A stretch of 64,000 nt of DNA from Octopus vulgaris (Eukaryota), in NCBI GenBank assembly GCA_951406725.2, contig OX597833.1:49910001-49974000 (forward strand), in the 5' to 3' direction. Below, piece after piece: positions 28,240 through 42,022 of the stretch (positions are counted from its first letter, which is position 1; every line of letters starts with the position of its first letter). The notes beneath the pieces are model-generated. The model saw nothing but the letters and a program-made list of their open reading frames with translations. It was not told where the DNA came from and searched no databases. The position numbers were made by a program, and so were the translations under genes.

Positions 28240-28505
28240 ACACAGGACACGAAATTTTTAGGAAGGAGGCCAGTCGATAAGATCGACCCCGTACGTAACC
28301 GGTACTTAATTTATCGACTCCGAAAGGATGAAAGGCAAAGTCAACCTCGCTAAGCATTTCTTCTGTCTTTACGTTCTGAGTCCAAATTCCGCCGAAGTCG
28401 ACTTTGCCTTTCATCCTTTCGGAGTTGACAAACTAAGTACCAGCTACGAATTGGGGTCGATCTAATCCCCCAAGATTTCGGACCTTGTGCCTAGAGTAGG
28501 AAAGA
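28240..28505. mobile_element. Two family B SINE fragments in opposite orientation
   Basis: Minus-strand core to ~28348 abuts a plus-strand copy. Confidence 0.8.
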
Positions 28506-28693
28506 ATAATTACATCGCAAACCGATACAACGTCGGTGAATTCGTCGTTACACTTTTTATCGGCAGACTAAATGCGTCGTTATATATTATTTCCGTTTCT
28601 ACGTCATTTTTTTTCAACCTGGAGAGTAAGTACATCTTCAAGCATAATTCAATGCTTTACTTTTCTTCTTTTTTGCAGAGTAAATATGCATAG

Positions 28694-29087
28694 TGGCGCA
28701 GGAATGGCTGTGTGGTAAGTAGCTTGTTTACCAGCCACATGGTTCCGGGTTCAGTCCCACTGCGTGGCACCTTGGGCAAGTGTCTTCTACTATAGCCTCG
28801 GGCCGACCAAAGCCTTGTGAGTGGAGTTGGTAGAAGGAAACTGAAAGAAGCCTGTCGTATATATGTATATATATGTGTGTGTATGTTTGTCCCCCCTAGC
28901 ATTGCTTGACAACCGATGCTGGTGTGCTTATGTCCCCGTCACTTAGCGGTTCGGCAAAAGAGACCGATAGAATAAGTACTGGGCTTACAAAGAATAAGTC
29001 CCGGGGTCGAGTTGCTCGATTAAAAAAAGGCGGTGCTCCAGCATGGCCGCAGTCAAATGACTGAAAGAAGTAAAAGAGAAAAAGAGA
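28694..29087 (+). mobile_element. SINE family A, full length
   Basis: Collinear with 1733-2157. Confidence 0.93.
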
Positions 29088-29318
29088 TATAAAAATCTGA
29101 ACACCTATTAGAAATCGTTAAAAAGGAATAATCGAGATATAAAATTATAATAAAAGAGAAGAATACCAATGATACAGACATTCAATATTAGACAAAGAAA
29201 TGTCAAGATGATGTTGTGAGAATTCAAGATATCTTTAATGAATATCATAATTGTGAAATTGATTATTTAAGAATCATCTATCACTTGACTTTCTAGAATA
29301 ATTTTTCTCTTGAGGCGT

Positions 29319-29644
29319 AGGCGTAGGAGTGGCTCTGTGGTAAGTAGCTTGCTTACGAACCACATGGTTCCGGGTTCTGTTCCACTGCGTGGCACCTTGG
29401 GCAAGTGTCTTCTACTATAGCCTCGGGCCGACCAATTCCTTGTGAGTGGATTTGGAAGACGGAAACTGAAAGAAGCTCGTCGTATATATGTATATATATA
29501 TGAGTGTGTGTGTGTGTGTATATGTTTGTGTGTCTGTGTTTGCCCCCCCCCCCATCACTTGCTAACCGAAGCTGGTGTGTTTACATCCCTTTAACTTAGT
29601 TGTTCGGCAAAAGACACCGATAGAATAAGTACTAGGCCTACAAA

Positions 29645-29692
<48 letters not shown>

Positions 29693-29849
29693 CGCGTTGG
29701 AGCAAATATCAGAATTAATCAGCCGAAATTTGCTATGATGATCCGGTTTCTGACTGAAGATTAAAGGCTTCGAATGACCCGTCTGTTTTCTGTGTTCGTC
29801 CCTTTGTGTATTTCACGTTCTTGTTTCTTTATATATAAATTTTTATTCC

Positions 29850-29901
<52 letters not shown>

Positions 29902-29985
29902 TCCTGAGGTCAATTTGCTCGACTAAATGCGGTGCTCCAGCATGGCCAGATTCAAATGACTGAAACAATTAAAAGAGTAAAATAG
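29319..29985 (+). mobile_element. SINE family A interrupted by (TA)n plus a J1 element (29690-29850)
   Basis: The SINE breaks after ...cctacaaattaata and resumes at taagtcctgaggtc (~29898). Confidence 0.88.
29701..29769 (+). ncRNA. Candidate permuted hammerhead (J1 copy 2)
   Basis: agcaaat-A-tcagaa, agcc-GAA-atttgct, ttctga-CTGAAGA, ggct. Stems III (7 bp) and I (6 bp) are fully Watson-Crick. Confidence 0.65.
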
Positions 29986-30329
29986 TAATACGAGTTTCTC
30001 CTATGTAAAATGGCGCATGCTATTACACTATGATAGTACTCACTCACTAAAACAATAAAAGCTTACAATAAGCACTTCTCTTATATTTTTAACAATAACT
30101 TCAATTTATTTATCATGTGTATTGTATTGTGCAAATTTGATGCTAGATAATTCTTTCATTGAATTTCTTTCATATTTCTTAATGAAAGCTGATGTGCATT
30201 TATGCTGCAACGTAGACCTATGCTTTTGTCATTACATCCGTATTAGTTTGAAATATAATACAAGATGCTAGAGCTACGTAGTTAGACGTCTTTAGTAACC
30301 AGTATTAATGGTATAAGTTATTTAGTTAA

Positions 30330-30715
30330 GTGGAGGCGCAATAGTCCAGTGGTTAAGGCAGCAGACTCGCGGTCATAGGATCGCGGTTACGATTCCCAGA
30401 CCGGGCGTTGCGAGTGTTTATTGAGCGAAAACACCTAAAGTTCCACGATGCTCCGGCAGGGGATGGTGGTGATCCCTGCTGTACTCTTTCACCACAACTT
30501 TCTCTCTCTCTTACTTCCTGTTTCTGTTGTACCTGTATTTCAAAGGGCCGGCCTTGTCACTCTCTGTGTCACGCTGAATATCCCCGAGAACTACGTTAAG
30601 GGTACACGTGTATGTGGAGTGCTCAGCCACTTACACGTTAATTTCACGAGCAGGCTGTTCCGTTGATTCGGATCAACCGGAACCCTCGTCGTCGTAACCG
30701 ACGGAGTGCTTCCAC
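30330..30715 (+). mobile_element. SINE family C, full length with TSD
   Basis: tRNA head; TSD tatttagttaa at 30319-30329 and 30716-30726; 3' hairpin cgtcg-taac-cgacg. Confidence 0.92.
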
Positions 30716-31218
30716 TATTTAGTTAAAAAATAAACAGTCATTTTATGATTAACTGGGAATGGATAACACGATATAATATTTCTTTTCCGTTAGTTAATAA
30801 TATTTTGGTATATTTTTCGCGGTGTTGTAATCGAAGGAAAAAAATATAACATCACATCAACAACACCAACACAAAAACAACTTATTTCATCTTGCAGCTT
30901 AAAAGCTTAAAAAGAAATGAAACGCGTCTAAAGATCTTTGCAGAAGGCTATAAGTGAATAAAATAAGAAAAACATTTTTTTTTTATCACTGTTGATTAAA
31001 GGCGACGTGTTATTTATTTTCTTTGCAAATGAAAACTTTTAAATAAACTTTAAAGATAAAATTACTCTCTGGATAAAAGGTATGGCAATGAATTCGGTTA
31101 CTTGCTCTTTGAGGATGCAATGAAATCACACTTGATTAATTTACAGGCCATCCTAGAATATGTATCCATGCATGCCTGCTTGTATGTATATGTGTGTCTG
31201 TCTGTCTGTGTATCTATC

Positions 31219-31300
<82 letters not shown>

Positions 31301-31683
31301 CCTACCTACCTACCTATCTATCTATCTATCTATCTATTTATTTTTTCCCTCTGTATATATATATATATATATCTATATACATATATGTATGTGCATCATA
31401 AACGTATGTATGTATGTATATAGACATAACACAGATATGTTTACTATTTAAGCCATAAACAAACACACACACACACACATATACAGACATATATACATAT
31501 ATATACATATACGCGAGTGTATGCACATTCATATATGTATATATTCATGTCTCTCTCTCTCTCTGTCATCTATCTGTCTGTCTATCTGTCTGTCTGTCTG
31601 TCTGTCCGTCCGTCCGTCCGTCCGTCCGTCCGTCCAACCATCCATCCATCCATCCATCCATCCATCCATCCATCCATCCATCC

Positions 31684-31724
<41 letters not shown>

Positions 31725-31729
<5 letters not shown>

Positions 31730-32035
31730 ATATATATATATATATATATAACTGCGAATGCGTGTCTTTCTGACTGCTGCCTGTTTGTATGTATGTATGT
31801 ATGCATCACTACAATTCAAGAACTACCCAACCGATTTCCTTCAAATTTTACATGTGCCTTAGTTAGGGTCCATGGAATGTCACGAGCCAAAACAAATTTC
31901 AACTTCTTGCTTAATGCAAGGCCGAAGCAATCTCTTATCTCTTACACAATTTCGGCATTACGTGTCTAAAGTGAAACAATAACATCTCTATTGTAATGTA
32001 ATATAATAATTTCACTTTTAAATGGTTTCAATTTT
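31725..32035 (+). mobile_element. 5' part of a non-autonomous Helitron-like element
   Basis: tctatatatata start, microsatellite, ccgatttccttcaaatttt motif analogous to 24060-24442. Confidence 0.55.
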
Positions 32036-32700
32036 GACTGTCTTTACATTCTGAGTTCAAATTCCGCGGAGGTCGACTTTGCCCTTGTGGGCAATAAAGA
32101 AATAAGAATCGTTAGCATGCTGGGCGAAATGCTTAGCGGTATTTCGTCTGTTTTTACATTCTGAGTTCAAATTCCACGGAGGTCGACTTTGCCTTTCATC
32201 ATTTTGGGGTCGATAAATTAAGTACAAGTTACGCACTGGGGTCGATCTAATCGAGTTAATCCCTTTGTCAGTCCTTGTTTGCCCCCTCTATGTTTAGTCC
32301 CTTGTGGGCAATAAAGAAATAAGAATCGTTAGCACGCTGGGCGAAATGCTTAGCGGTATTTCGTCTGTCTTTACATTCTGAGTTGAAATTCCGCCGAGGT
32401 CGACTTTGCCTTTCATCCTTTCGGGGTCGATAAATTAAGTACCAGTTACGAACTTGGGTCGATGTAATCGACTTAATACCTATGTCTGTCCTTGTTTGTT
32501 CCCTCTGTGTTTAACCCCTTGTGGGTAATAAAGAAATAGGTATTTCGTCTGTCTTTACATTCTGAGTTGAAATTCCGCCGAGGTCCTCTTTGCCTTTCAT
32601 CGTTGCGGGATCGATAAATAGCAGTTGCATACAGGGGTCGATCTAATCGACTGGCTCCCTCCACCAAAATTTCGGGCCTTGGACCTCGAGTAGAAAAGAA
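32036..32700 (+). mobile_element. Head-to-tail multimer of four family B SINE units
   Basis: Four ttctgagtt(c/g)aaattcc boxes joined through tail aataaagaaata. Confidence 0.9.
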
Positions 32701-32801
32701 TATATTTTCTAATACGTTGACTTAATGCTCGATAACGTTGTGACGCTTCTATTTTTGCTTTTTCATGCTGATTCTGAACAAGAACCTTGTCCTCCATCAC
32801 T

Positions 32802-32880
32802 TACTACTACTACTACTACTACTACTACTAATACTACTACTACTACAGCTGCTGCTGCTACTCTACTACTGCTGCTGCTG

Positions 32881-32938
<58 letters not shown>

Positions 32939-32955
32939 TACTACTACTGCTGCTG

Positions 32956-33001
<46 letters not shown>

Positions 33002-33178
33002 TACTACTACTGTTGCTGCTGGTACTACTTACTACTGTTATTACTGCTACCACTACCGTTATTACTACCACCACCGTTACCACCACCACCACCACCACCA
33101 CCGTTTCTATCACCATCACCACCACCACCACCATCTCGACCCCCGCAGCCGCCTCCGCCACCGTTACACCCTCACTAT

Positions 33179-33232
<54 letters not shown>

Positions 33233-33248
33233 AACTACTACTACTACT
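32802..33248. repeat. (CTA)n/(CTG)n/(CCA)n compound trinucleotide repeat
   Basis: Seen directly. Confidence 0.96.
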
Positions 33249-33421
33249 AGACAAACACTTGTGTAAATAAATTCAATCTGTTTAGCTATTCTAAATCATG
33301 TATCCGGTGACATAACGATGATCAGAACAGACGGAAGAGCTTATAGAGAGGTTAAATAAAAAAAAGGTAAAATAAAGGAAAATTAAATAAAAATGAACGT
33401 GGAATGTGAATGTGTATTCGA

Positions 33422-35782
33422 TATTATTGCCGTTAATCAGCAGTAAATATTTAATGGAACACTGATATCAAACTCCATGATATCAAACTTTCAAACTAAC
33501 TTTAGTATCACTCGTGACTGTACTAGGTCTGTGGGTAGACCGATCTTACGTTACAAGGATGTTTGCAAAAGGGACATGAAGGCCTGCAACATGGGAGGCA
33601 GTTGCCGGCAACCGTGGAGAATGGCGACGTACCGTATTATTGCCGTTAATCAGCAGGAAATATTTAATGGAACACTGATATCAAACTCCATGATATCAAA
33701 CTTTCAAACTAACTTTAGTATCACTCCTGACTGTACTAGGTCTGTGGGTAGACCGATCTTACGTTACAAGGATGTTTGCAAAAGGGACATGAAGGCCTGC
33801 AACATCAATGGTTGGGAGGCAGTTGCCGGCAACCGTGGAGAATGGCGACGTACCGTATTATTGCCGTTAATCAGCAGTAAATATTTAATGGAACACTGAT
33901 ATCAAACTCCATGATATCAAACTTTCAAACTAACTTTAGTATCACTCGCGACTGTACTAGGTCTGTGGGTAGACCGATCTTACGTTACAAGGATGTTTGC
34001 AAAAGGGACATGAAGGCCTGCAACATGGGAGGCAGTTGCCGGCAACCGTGGAGAATGGCGACGTACCGTATTATTGCCGTTAATCAGCAGTAAATATTTA
34101 ATGGAACACTGATATCAAACTCCATGATATCAAACTTTCAAACTAACTTTAGTATCACTCGTGACTGTACTAGGTCTGTGGGTAGACCGATCTTACGTTT
34201 CAAGGATGTTTGCAAAAGGGACATGAAGGCCTGCAACATGGGAGGTAGTTGCCGGCAACCGTGGAGATTGGCGACGTACCGTATTATTGCCGTTAATCAG
34301 CAGTAAATATTTAATGGAACACTGATATCAAACTCCATGCATTAACTTTCAATCTAACTTTAGTATCACTCGTGACTGTACTAGGTCTGTGGGTAGACCG
34401 ATCTTACGTTACAAGGATGTTTGCAAAAGGGACATGATGGCCTGCAACATGGGAGGCAGTTGCCGGCAACCGTGGATTGGCGACGTACCGTATTATTGCC
34501 GTTAATCAGCAGTAAATATTTAATGGAACACTGATATCAAACTCCATGATATCAAACTTTCAAACTAACTTTAGTATCACTCGTGACTGTACTAGGTCTG
34601 TGGGTAGACCGACCTTACGTTACAAGGATGTTTGCAAAAGGGACATGAAGGCCTGCAACATGGGAGGCAGTTGCCGGCAACCGTGGAGATTGGCGACGTA
34701 CCGTATTATTGCCGTTAATCAGCAGTAAATATTTAATGGAACACTGATATCAAACTCCATGATATCAAACTTTCAAACTAACTTTAGTATCACTCGTGAC
34801 TGTACTAGGTCTGTGGGTAGACCGATCTTACGTTACAAGGATGTTTGCAAAAGGGACATGAAGGCCTGCAACATGGGAGGCAGTTGCCGGCAACCGTGGA
34901 GAATGGCGACGTACCGTATTATTGCCGTTAATCAGCAGTAAATATTTAATGGAACACTGATATCAAACTCCATGCATTAACTTTCAATCTAACTTTAGTA
35001 TCACTCGTGACTGTACTAGGTCTGTGGGTAGACCGATCTTACGTTACAAGGATGTTTGCAAAAGGGACATGAAGGCCTGCAACATGGGAGGCAGTTGCCG
35101 GCAACCGTGGAGAATGGCGACGTACCGTATTATTGCCGTTAATCAGCAGTAAATATTTAATGGAACACTGATATCAAACTCCATGATATCAAACTTTCAA
35201 ACTAACTTTAGTATCACTCGTGACTGTACTAGGTCTGTGGGTAGACCGATCTTACGTTTCAAGGATGTTTGCAAAAGGGACATGAAGGCCTGCAACATGG
35301 GAGGTAGTTGCCGGCAACCGTGGAGATTGGCGACGTACCGTATTATTGCCGTTAATCAGCAGTAAATATTTAATGGAACACTGATATCAAACTCCATGAT
35401 ATCAAACTTTCAAACTAACTTTAGTATCACTCGTGACTGTACTAGGTCTGTGGGTAGACCGATCTTACGTTACAAGGATGTTTGCAAAAGGGACATGAAG
35501 GCCTGCAACATGGGAGGCAGTTGCCGGCAACCGTGGAGAATGGCGACGTACCGTATTATTGCCGTTAATCAGCAGTAAATATTTAATGGAACACTGATAT
35601 CAAACTCCATGATATCAAACTTTCAAACTAACTTTAGTATCACTCGTGACTGTACTAGGTCTGTGGGTAGACCGATCTTACGTTACAAGGATGTTTGGAA
35701 AAGGGACATGAAGGCCTGCAACATCAATATTAGCGGTTGGGAGGCAGTTGCCGGCAACCGTGGAGAATGGCGACGTACCGTA
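33422..35782 (+). repeat. 11-copy ~213-bp tandem array spanning an RTE insertion junction
   Basis: Unit is ~88 bp of flank plus ~125 bp of LINE ORF; recurring 60-aa ORFs at 33911, 34124, 34546, 34759, 35183 and 35396. Confidence 0.96.
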
Positions 35783-35808
35783 AAATAGGGAATACAAAGG
35801 AGTGACAG

Positions 35809-35862
<54 letters not shown>

Positions 35863-36087
35863 GAGAAATGGAAAGAAAAGAAGAGACGTCAACAAGAGAC
35901 TATGGCATTACAACCAGCCAGGAACAGTCTTCGCTACATTTGCGGTACCTGCCAGAGGGAGTGTTTGTCCAGGATAGGACTACACAGCCACAGCAGGAAA
36001 TGTATCAGGGCATGAAATATAAAAGCCGGACTAGATTACTTTATGCGCAACTCCATTGTCTCCCGAGACAGAAAGGATGCCAACAAC
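35641..36087 (+). mobile_element. 5'-truncated RTE-clade LINE (ORF C-terminus plus 3'UTR)
   Basis: RSVGRPILRYKDV.KRDMKACNI..WEAVAGNRGEWR...YICGTCQRECLSRIGLHSHSRKC*; tail tgtctc-cc-gagaca...gccaacaac; TSD aactttagtat at 35630-35640 and 36085-36095. Confidence 0.9.
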
Positions 36088-36102
36088 TTTAGTATAAAGG
36101 TG

Positions 36103-36791
36103 CAATACCAACTTTCCAAACACTGATGGTCCGGAGCAGCTTAAATCCGCATTCATTTATGAGCAGGAATTTCAAATTCCCTGGCGGTCAAACGACGTTA
36201 CGTGTGTGCCCTGCTTTATAGTGCCTTGTACAATACCTATTTCTTTATTACCCACAAGGAGCTAAACACAGAGGGGACAAACAAGGACAGACATAGGTAT
36301 CAAGTCGATTACATCGACCCCAGTGCGTAACTGGTACTTAATTTATCGACCCTGAAAGGATGAAAGGCAAAGTCGACCTCGGCGGAATTTGAACTCACAA
36401 CGTCACGGCAGTACAATACCAACTTTCCAAACACTGATGGTCCGGAGCAGCTTAAATTCGCATTCATTTACGAACAGGAATTTCAAATTCCCTGGCGGTC
36501 AAACGACGTTACGTGTGTGCCCTGCTTTATAGTGCCTTGTACAATACCTATTTCTTTACTACCCACAAGGAGCTAAACACAGAGGGGACAAACAAGGACA
36601 GACATAGGTATCAAGTCGATTACATCGACCCCAGTGCGTAACTGGTACTTAATTTATCGACCCCGAAAGGATGACAGGCAAAGTCGACCTCGGCGGAATT
36701 TGAACTCAGAACGTAGCGGCAGACGAAATACCGCTCAGCATTTCGTCCGGCGCGCTAACGTTTCTGCCACCTCTCCGCCTTGTACAATACC
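36103..36791 (-). mobile_element. Family B SINE (36549-36779) within a 311-bp tandem duplication
   Basis: caataccaactttcc at 36103 and 36414; TSD gccttgtacaatacc flanks the full copy. Confidence 0.9.
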
Positions 36792-36815
36792 GCAGTGTTA
36801 AACTTGTGTCATTTA

Positions 36816-37037
36816 TGAGGGGTTGCTGAAAAGTTTCTGGCTTTGGGTAAAAGAATATACAGGAGGATCAATTAATTACGATTTCATTGGACATATTCCC
36901 CTCTCAGAAACACGCATTTATTACAGCGGTCTTCCAGTTTTTCTAAACCCTCTGTAAAAGTACTCGGAAGGATGGACCTCTAATCAGGCCTCTCGAGATA
37001 TCCTTAAAGTTAGGAAATTTTCAACACCCCCACCTCG
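36816..37037. mobile_element. mariner-derived MITE
   Basis: TA-flanked imperfect TIRs (tgaggggttgctgaaaagtttctggcttt / aaagttaggaaattttcaacaccccc..ctcg); interior is a transposase C-terminus remnant. Confidence 0.85.
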
Positions 37038-37259
37038 TATATGAATGTACAGGTACCTGTATTTCATTTACATATTTAAGTAAATGTTATCATTCGTTCA
37101 AATTAGAGGTGACCATCCTGGGTTCGGAAAGACCAGTAACCCGGAAAGTCTCTGGAACAAGATGTTTCGGAAAATCGATATTCAACTTTTGTCATCGCAA
37201 TCAAAGAATTTTGTCATCGCCATCAAAGAATTTTGTCAACACTTTCGAATATGATCCTT

Positions 37260-37655
37260 CTTTTCGTTTACTTGTTTCAGCATTGAAGAATTTCGGTCAA
37301 ATGAATCGACCGCAATACTTATTTTGTTACGCCCAGTCTTTATTTTATCGGCTCCTTTTGCCGAAACGCTAGGTCCACTTAGACGTAAACGCACCAACAC
37401 TGGTTGTCAAATGCGGTGGGTGACAAATATAAACGCGCACACACACACACATACACACAGACACACACACACACGCATGCACACGCGTGTATATGTGTGT
37501 GTATATATATATACATTTACACGACAGATTTCTTTCATTTTCCGTCTACCAAAATTTACTAAAGTGTTTGGTCGAGCAGGGGCTATGGTAGATGATACTT
37601 TCTTAAGGACTCACGTCTTGGGACTGAACCCGGAATCATGGTTAGGAAGCAAATT
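37260..37655 (-). mobile_element. SINE family A, diverged
   Basis: Reverse-complement similarity across head, microsatellite and tail. Confidence 0.75.
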
Positions 37656-38000
37656 TGTCGGAAGAGACACTGTTCAATATTTTGTCCGATGCTGTAGCGA
37701 TTCTTCCAGATCGATCCCTTAACAACAAATAATTCCTTCTGTTTGACACAAGACCAGCAATTTTTAGAAGAGGTGTAAGTCACTTGCATCTATCCCAGTG
37801 TTCGACAGGCACTTCTTTTATCGACTTTGAAAAGATGAGTGACAAAAATGAGTTGAGCGGAATTTGAACACGGAGCGTAAAGCCGGAAGAAATGTCGCAA
37901 AATATTTTGTCCGGCGTGCTAACGACTCCGGCAGCACACTGTTTTAGAAAACCTTAATAACTGCATTAGCAATGATTTCTTTATTTTATTATTATTATCA

Positions 38001-38061
<61 letters not shown>

Positions 38062-40549
38062 TATCATTATTTATTTTTTTATTAATAATACTTGCTACCT
38101 CATATGCTTCAATGTACAAGAGAATATTATTCAATAAAGACAATATTTGGACTTGATTCCGGACAATTAATTAATCGGACATTAATGCAAACTGATGCAA
38201 TACACACTAGTGAATTTGATAGAGCAGCAGTTAACGTTTTGAACGAAAAAATCTCCGCTTTATTCATACTTTTCACAGAGTCGAAGGTGCGTCGAACTAT
38301 CTACAAAAAAGGGTATAAATTACAACATGCATTATATGATAACCAGGCCTAAGATATTTAACTTAACGTGTTCTCCATAAAAGACTTTCGAAAATATTAC
38401 GGACAGTACGCAAAATCAAAGATGAAGTGCTAAGAACGGCAAATTTAATGACAAATTTCTCAAACACTATCAAAGTGAGAAAACTGAAATATTTTAGATA
38501 CTGAATTAGACAAAATGGCTGACGAGAATTATGAACAGAAAGCATAAAGTATGGGAAAATAGGAAGAGGGGAGTCAAGAATTACGTAGATAGGTATTATG
38601 AAATGATGACAGAAAATACAGAAAAAGCGTCAGGACAGCGCAAGAAAGACCAAAATGGCGATCCATATGATTCACCTGCTTAGAACAGATAGAGGAGGAC
38701 GATGGTGATGTATTCCATTGATTTCAAAATCTAGGAATAATCTTTGATCGAACTAAACATTTACTGGACTTTCATCGCATTTTTCGTGAAGTTACAGCAT
38801 AACTCTTAGACTTGCTGCATTTAACGGAAAGTGTTTTAAACTTACCCACTTACGAGAATCCTTAATGACTTTGATCCAATTTATCATTTGATCCATATAT
38901 GGTTTTTCATTACTATTTGTATTTGGTACGTGAAATGCAACAGAATTGAACACGCTCACGTGGCTATCACCAAATGGATGTCAAACTGACTTAAGCATGA
39001 CTCTGCGTCGATATATTTCTAAATGCTAAGTGTTTGAAAATCCAAAGTAGTAAACCAATAAATTATTAATTGAAAATAATTACTCACGCAAGGAGGAAGC
39101 AAAATTATATGAGGATTAATTAATTAATACAGATCAAAAGAGGCAGGGGAGAAAACTTTGGGATTAAAATTCAAAATTGAACGAGGGCATGCAAGTACGG
39201 TGTACTCAGCATTTTCCACAACTACGAATTTGCCATGTGTTACATATTTTCTTCAAATTACACAATAAATAAAGTTGGATGTATAATAAATGTCAAGTTC
39301 TCAAAAACACTGAAAAATTATATGTAAAAAGCTACATATGGATACGTAAATTTTGACAGTATTTGTAAGCAAACAGATGCAGACAGACATTAATAGATAT
39401 GTACCTGTATGGCACATACTCATGCGCACAGCATTAAGACACGGGGAAAAAATTCGTATAATATTAATAGATACCAGCTTTTAAATAAGACATGGATAAA
39501 AATAACAAGAGGGTAAGTAAGAAACTAAAATTAAGGAGGCTGAATGGGAAGAAGGAAAAGATAACAATGCTAAAAATCAATGAACGAATTTTTTTTTCAT
39601 CTATTCCAGAGTCATTCGGTACTTCTTTCGTTTTGTAAACACTTGGTCTCAGTGTCGTTAAGAACATTGTTATATAGTAGAAAATAACACATTGTTAGTA
39701 TCGCTTACAGTATTGTTGTGGACAAAAAAATACCTACTTACTTACTAGTGCTGTTCACGTTGTTGTTATAAACCCTAACAAAATAGCGTATTTGCTAGGG
39801 TCGCTTAGGTCGTTGCTAAAGATAGTAAAACGGTATTTTAGTTGAGTGCTTTATGGCATTTCACTAGTGTCATTTCGCATATTCGTTTAGAACAAGAAAA
39901 TGACTATTACCCAGGAAGTACTGAGAAATAATTTTCTTCAAATTATGTCAGATGTATTGTTGTTGACTAAAAGATACGAATTTCTATCAATTACATAGAA
40001 AACGAACAATTTAGAGAGAGAGAAAAAAAAAAGAAAGAAAAGAAGCTTATTATAAGAAAGGGAACATACATTAAGCGTATTATTAGTAGTAATTTCCTGG
40101 GATTTAATTGATTCTTATTTCATAGAATCCAGATCTTGGAAGCCAAAGCTAACGTCATTGAAAATTGATCTCAGAAAAAAAATATTTCTAAAACCACGAA
40201 CTTCGTCTATAAGACGACACATTTATTAAATAGCAGCATAGTTTCTAAAGCAGTGGCTTTCGAATTTATTTCAATTTCATTTTTCTCGTTTTATCTCCAG
40301 CTAAAGTTAGATTCAACTCGACATTACTCAAAATTATTTACTGTACTAAATAGAACTGTACAATTCCGGCAAATCTTCAATTACTATACGATACAGTTAT
40401 AGAAATTATGGAATCATTGTTCGAAAATAATCGTTCGAAAACGATTATTCGAAAAACATTTATTCGAATAGAAACTTGTATGAATGAAAATTATTCAAAA
40501 GGACAATTATACGAAATGTTAATTATTCTGAATCTTTTTTATTAGGTCT

Positions 40550-41100
40550 ACCTCAGTATGCAACTGGTACTTAATTTATCGATCCAGTAAGGATGAAAGG
40601 CAAAGCTGACCTTCGCGGAATTTGAACTCAGAACGTAGCGGCGGACGAAATACCGCTATGCATTTCGCCCGGCGTGCTAATGTTTCTTATTTCTTTACTG
40701 TCCACAAGGGGCTAAACATAGAGGGGACAAACAAGGACAGACAAGGGGATTAAGTCGACTATATCGACCCCGGTGCGTAACTGGTACTTATTTAATCGAC
40801 CCCGAAAGGATGAAAGGCAAAGTCGACCTCGGTGGAATTTGAACTCAGAACGTAGCGGCAGACGAAATACCTATTTCTTTATTACCCACAAGGGGCTAAA
40901 CACAGAGAGGACAAACAACGACAGATAAACGGATTAAGTCGATTATATCGACCCCAGTGCGTAACTGGTACTTAATTTATCGACCCCGAAAGGATGAAAG
41001 GCAAAGTCGACCACAGCGGAGTTTGAACTCAGAACGTAACGGCAGACGAAATACGGCTACGCATTCCGCCAGCGTGCTAACGTTTCTGCCAGCTCGCCAC
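40550..41100 (-). mobile_element. Head-to-tail trimer of family B SINE
   Basis: Three aggatgaaaggcaaag cores and one complete 5' head at ~41100. Confidence 0.9.
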
Positions 41101-41697
41101 CTTGTATGTATATATATATATTCAGACAGACATACACACAGTCTCACCGACACACAGACGTATATTCCGTAATTAAATATTATAAAATATTATTACTCCT
41201 TACCTGTACCATTTTTCATTGGCTGATTCGATGTACTCTCAGCTGTTAAAAAGAGAAATCGAAAAACGGTGTTAATTATAAAGAATTCCATGAATATATA
41301 AAATAGATTGCGTACGTATTTTTCTCTTTGCAATCGATTACAGATATGAATAATTATTAATGCGTCTCAATGTTTGATGAGGGGAAAATCCAATTAATCG
41401 TAAAACATTCCAACGTTTTGCTAATTGAAACAAATTAATGATAGACAATATGAGATGACACACTGTTGAAATGAAGGTTGCGTAAGAGCGCGTATAGGTG
41501 CACGTGTGTGTGTGTGTGTGTGTGTGTGCGTGTGTGTGTGTTGTCTGTTTGCGAGTATAAAGTCGAATATGCAGTTTTTAGGTGAGAGGGTTCGTAATTT
41601 ACAAACGTTTTACGAACCAGAATATGATGGTACGATATCGGACTGGAATTTACCTGATATGCATATATGCTGGTGAGTAGGTGTGTATATGCATTCA

Positions 41698-41808
<111 letters not shown>

Positions 41809-41906
41809 TTGTCTATCTGTCTATCTATTTATCTAACTACTTATCTATTAGCCTGCCTGTCTGTCTACCCAACAGTTTTAGTCTTAGTCTGCGTGCTTAT
41901 ACAATA

Positions 41907-41947
<41 letters not shown>

Positions 41948-41958
41948 TCAGTAAAATT

Positions 41959-42022
<64 letters not shown>

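Noticed and set aside
30895-30935. gaaacgcgtc hammerhead half
   Set aside because: No CUGANGA-like strand or supporting stems nearby.
33477-35578. Tandem family of 60-aa peptide genes
   Set aside because: Explained by amplification of an RTE junction; some copies are disrupted and there is no expression evidence.
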